Source: Octopus bimaculoides
Taxonomy: Eukaryota
Reading direction: 5' to 3'
DNA length: 37,571 nt
NCBI RefSeq assembly: GCF_001194135.2
Contig: NC_068989.1
Coordinates: forward strand, 54,284,562-54,322,132
In this document: positions 35,154-37,571 of the stretch, piece after piece
Layout: the number at the start of each line of letters is the position of its first letter
How positions within the stretch are numbered: position 1 is the stretch's first letter
Program-made: the position numbers and the translations under genes
The notes under the pieces: model-generated
Databases searched by the model: none
The model's input: the letters and a program-made list of their open reading frames with translations, nothing else
What the model was told of the DNA's origin: nothing

Positions 35154-36153
35154 AATATATATATATGTATGTATATGCACGAAAGAAGATTTAAACAGTT
35201 ACGCCACTTGGAAGCCACTTGCACTTATGAAAAAAGATACTGCCACCCCAAATGCACTCAACCATGCACACCACGTACACACACATCACTGAGTGCGTGC
35301 TTTTATCTGTGTGTATGTGTCTAACTACACACATACAGACACTCACAAGCATATGTATAAATATATATATCCGTATGCATGTATATATGCGTATATACAT
35401 ATGTGTCTGTACGTGTAGAGCTTTCGATATATATATATGTATATGTGTCTATACATGTATGAATATATATAAATATTATTATACAATATATATTTTATAC
35501 ATGATAGATGTGTGTGAGTACACACATATATATCTATCTTCTATCTATCGTATGTGCATATATGCGTGTGCGTGTGCGTGTGCGTGCGTGTGTGTGTGTG
35601 TGTGTGTCTACGGTGTGTGCAATACACATCTAAGAAAGAATTTGAAGTGTTACCATAGTAATATTTAATTAGTCTTGATATTTCGGGTTAAGAACTCATT
35701 TCCAAAGGCTTGTGGGAGAAAGAGAGGGGGAGGGGAAGGAAAGAAATAATGAGAGAGAGTAAAAGAGAGAGAGAGAAAGAGAGAGAAACAGATAGAGAGA
35801 TAGAGAGGGAAACAGATAGAAAGAGAAAGACAACAGATAGAAAGTGAAAGGAGAGGGAGAAGCAGAAAGGCTTACAGAGACAGAAACAGGCAAACAGAAA
35901 GTACGACTATATGCTGCATGCAAGTTGTCTTGCTGCGTTCAATCTTGTGTGAGGTTTTCGAATCACCGCTTTCGTAGCCGTGTGGAGCCGTAGGACGTGC
36001 ATTTCGTTCCATCAGTGTCCGGGTGTTTTCGTGTGTGGTCGCGGGCGCACACAAATGTTTGTGCTCATAACTGTCTACAGATATGTCTGTGTGTATGTGC
36101 TTGGGTATTTGTATACATCTGTATGTACGTATCAGTCTCTAAATTCATATATA

Positions 36154-36958
36154 CAGGTTGCGGTGAATTAATTGTCGTCTAAATTGCGCAAAAATGAAAA
36201 TTTTACTGACATCTCATTTTAACAGATATATTTGTCAAAATTACATTAAAATATCTTGAAATACTAAACAGTAAAGTTATTTAATAATAAAATCACCATT
36301 GTCTTCAACCACGGCCTCCAGGCGACTTCAGAATCTCCTGCAACTCTTCTGGACATAACTGCGCCCCACACATAATAATCAAGGGGGTTGCAGTCTGGGA
36401 AGTTAGGTAGCCAGATGTTAGGGGTGATATTGTCACAGAAATTGTCTGACAGCCATGATTGGGTGCTCTTGCTTGTGTGTCATGGTGCAGAGTCTTATTG
36501 CCAAACATAGGGTCTTCCAGCAGCCACCCTCTTGAAATTGGGCAGCACTACCTCCTCCAGGCACTTGATGTAGGCCTCCGTGTTGAGTCTGATGCCGTGT
36601 GAGAAGATGAACAGAGGTATAACGTCGCCATCACTAGTGATCACTCCAAACACCATGACGTTGACTGGATGTTTGCTTTCAGTCACTCTCTGTACATGTC
36701 CTCAGATTGCACAGTCCTCAGACTGACACCGAAACACTCTGAAATTTTTGTATTGGAGTTTCTGGCGCAAATGCCAAGCCGTACAGCATGTCGTTTCCAC
36801 ATATGTGGCAGAGTGAATTGGGTCATGGTGCTGTTTTTTCTCACAGACGGTGTTCAACTGACCCTACAATACTGTGTAGTCAACAAAATCAAAAGCAATC
36901 AATGCGCATGCGCAAAATTAATGATATAAAATGGCGAAAACGTACCCAACGCACATTG
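36154..36958 (-). mobile_element. Internally deleted maT/DD37D Tc1/mariner element, both ends present
   Basis: Left TA (36152-53) then CAGGTTGCGGTGAATTAATTGTCG; right-end reverse complement CAATGTGCGTTGGGTACGTTTTCG. ATG at 36826 (MTQFTLPHMWKRHAV...), a deletion, then KHPVNVMVFGVITSDG...YVWQ*DSAP...PDCNPLDYYVWG. Asp codons at 36494 and 36380 are 37 residues apart. A second deletion lies near 36355. Confidence 0.9.
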
Positions 36959-36986
36959 TGTGTGTGTGTGTGTGTGTGTGTGTTTG

Positions 36987-37029
<43 letters not shown>

Positions 37030-37142
37030 ATATATTGTTGTATTTGGGGATGGTCATGTTGCCAGTTTAGCCAATAAAAACACACGCACTATATATTTGG
37101 TGTTAATTTGCTTCAGCTTTATTTTTACATTAATCGTATTTC

Positions 37143-37186
37143 GGCCCGAGTTCTTTCGTCACACTTCTGTGACCTCATCAGTGGTC
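37143..37186 (-). ncRNA. Hammerhead-like motif within a probable Penelope-like terminal repeat
   Basis: Minus strand: GACCA CTGATGA G GTCACA-GAAG-TGTGAC GAAA G-AA-CTC GGGCC. Perfect 6-bp stem II, one extra G after A9, 2-bp stem III, stem I 3/5. Confidence 0.45.
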
Positions 37187-37571
37187 ATTTGCTTTCTTCT
37201 TTCCTATTTGTGTGTCTTTCCTTACTAACGATCAACGACAATATGGCTGATCGTTATATATATATATATATATATATAGTCTATTCTGACTATTTATCTC
37301 AGGCTTAGTTTTTCATGTCTTTGCCTGGATAATGTGTTTGCAGTTTATATAGTGATGGGTTGGCCTGTGTGGGTACACTGATAAGTGTATTTGAATACTA
37401 ATTTAATTTATATGGATGTTGTTTGAAGGTAATTCGCTAATCATAACATTGAAAGTGGTGAAAATATTGCAATTTCGTATTTTCTTAAGAAGTTCTTAGT
37501 CTATGTTCTCTGTGTGTGTATATATATATACATATATATATATGTATGTATATATATATATATATATATAT

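Noticed and set aside
1-37571. CRISPR arrays, operons, rRNA or other prokaryotic systems
   Set aside because: No repeat-spacer arrays or gene-dense segments; the DNA is eukaryotic and repeat-derived.

Overview
AT-rich eukaryotic DNA, extremely dense in microsatellites, with 8 assembly gaps (about 4478-5307, 15888-16096, 20853-21156, 23572-24076, 30607-30772, 32637-33070, 34403-34696, 35011-35020). The tRNA-derived SINE families and microsatellite load look like an octopus genome (inference from recalled repeat families, not searched). I find no supportable host protein-coding gene; nearly all ORF-track entries are translated microsatellites or run through Ns. The window is a graveyard of mobile elements: a decayed L1/Tx1-like LINE with a degenerate CCHC knuckle (~5.8-9.7 kb), R4/Dong-like LINE 3' ends, three SINE families, four Tc1/mariner-type transposase relics (one DD46D, one DD37D with both ends), and piggyBac-, Tc1- and pogo/Tigger-type MITEs. 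The most notable unexplained structure is a ~1.16 kb fold-back (17340-18500) whose two ~540 bp arms each carry a hammerhead-ribozyme core facing outward. Three further hammerhead-like cores lie at 1408-1444, 8325-8379 and 37143-37186, suggesting Penelope-like or retrozyme relics. All alignments and counts were done by eye; element boundaries are approximate unless TIR/TSD coordinates are given.
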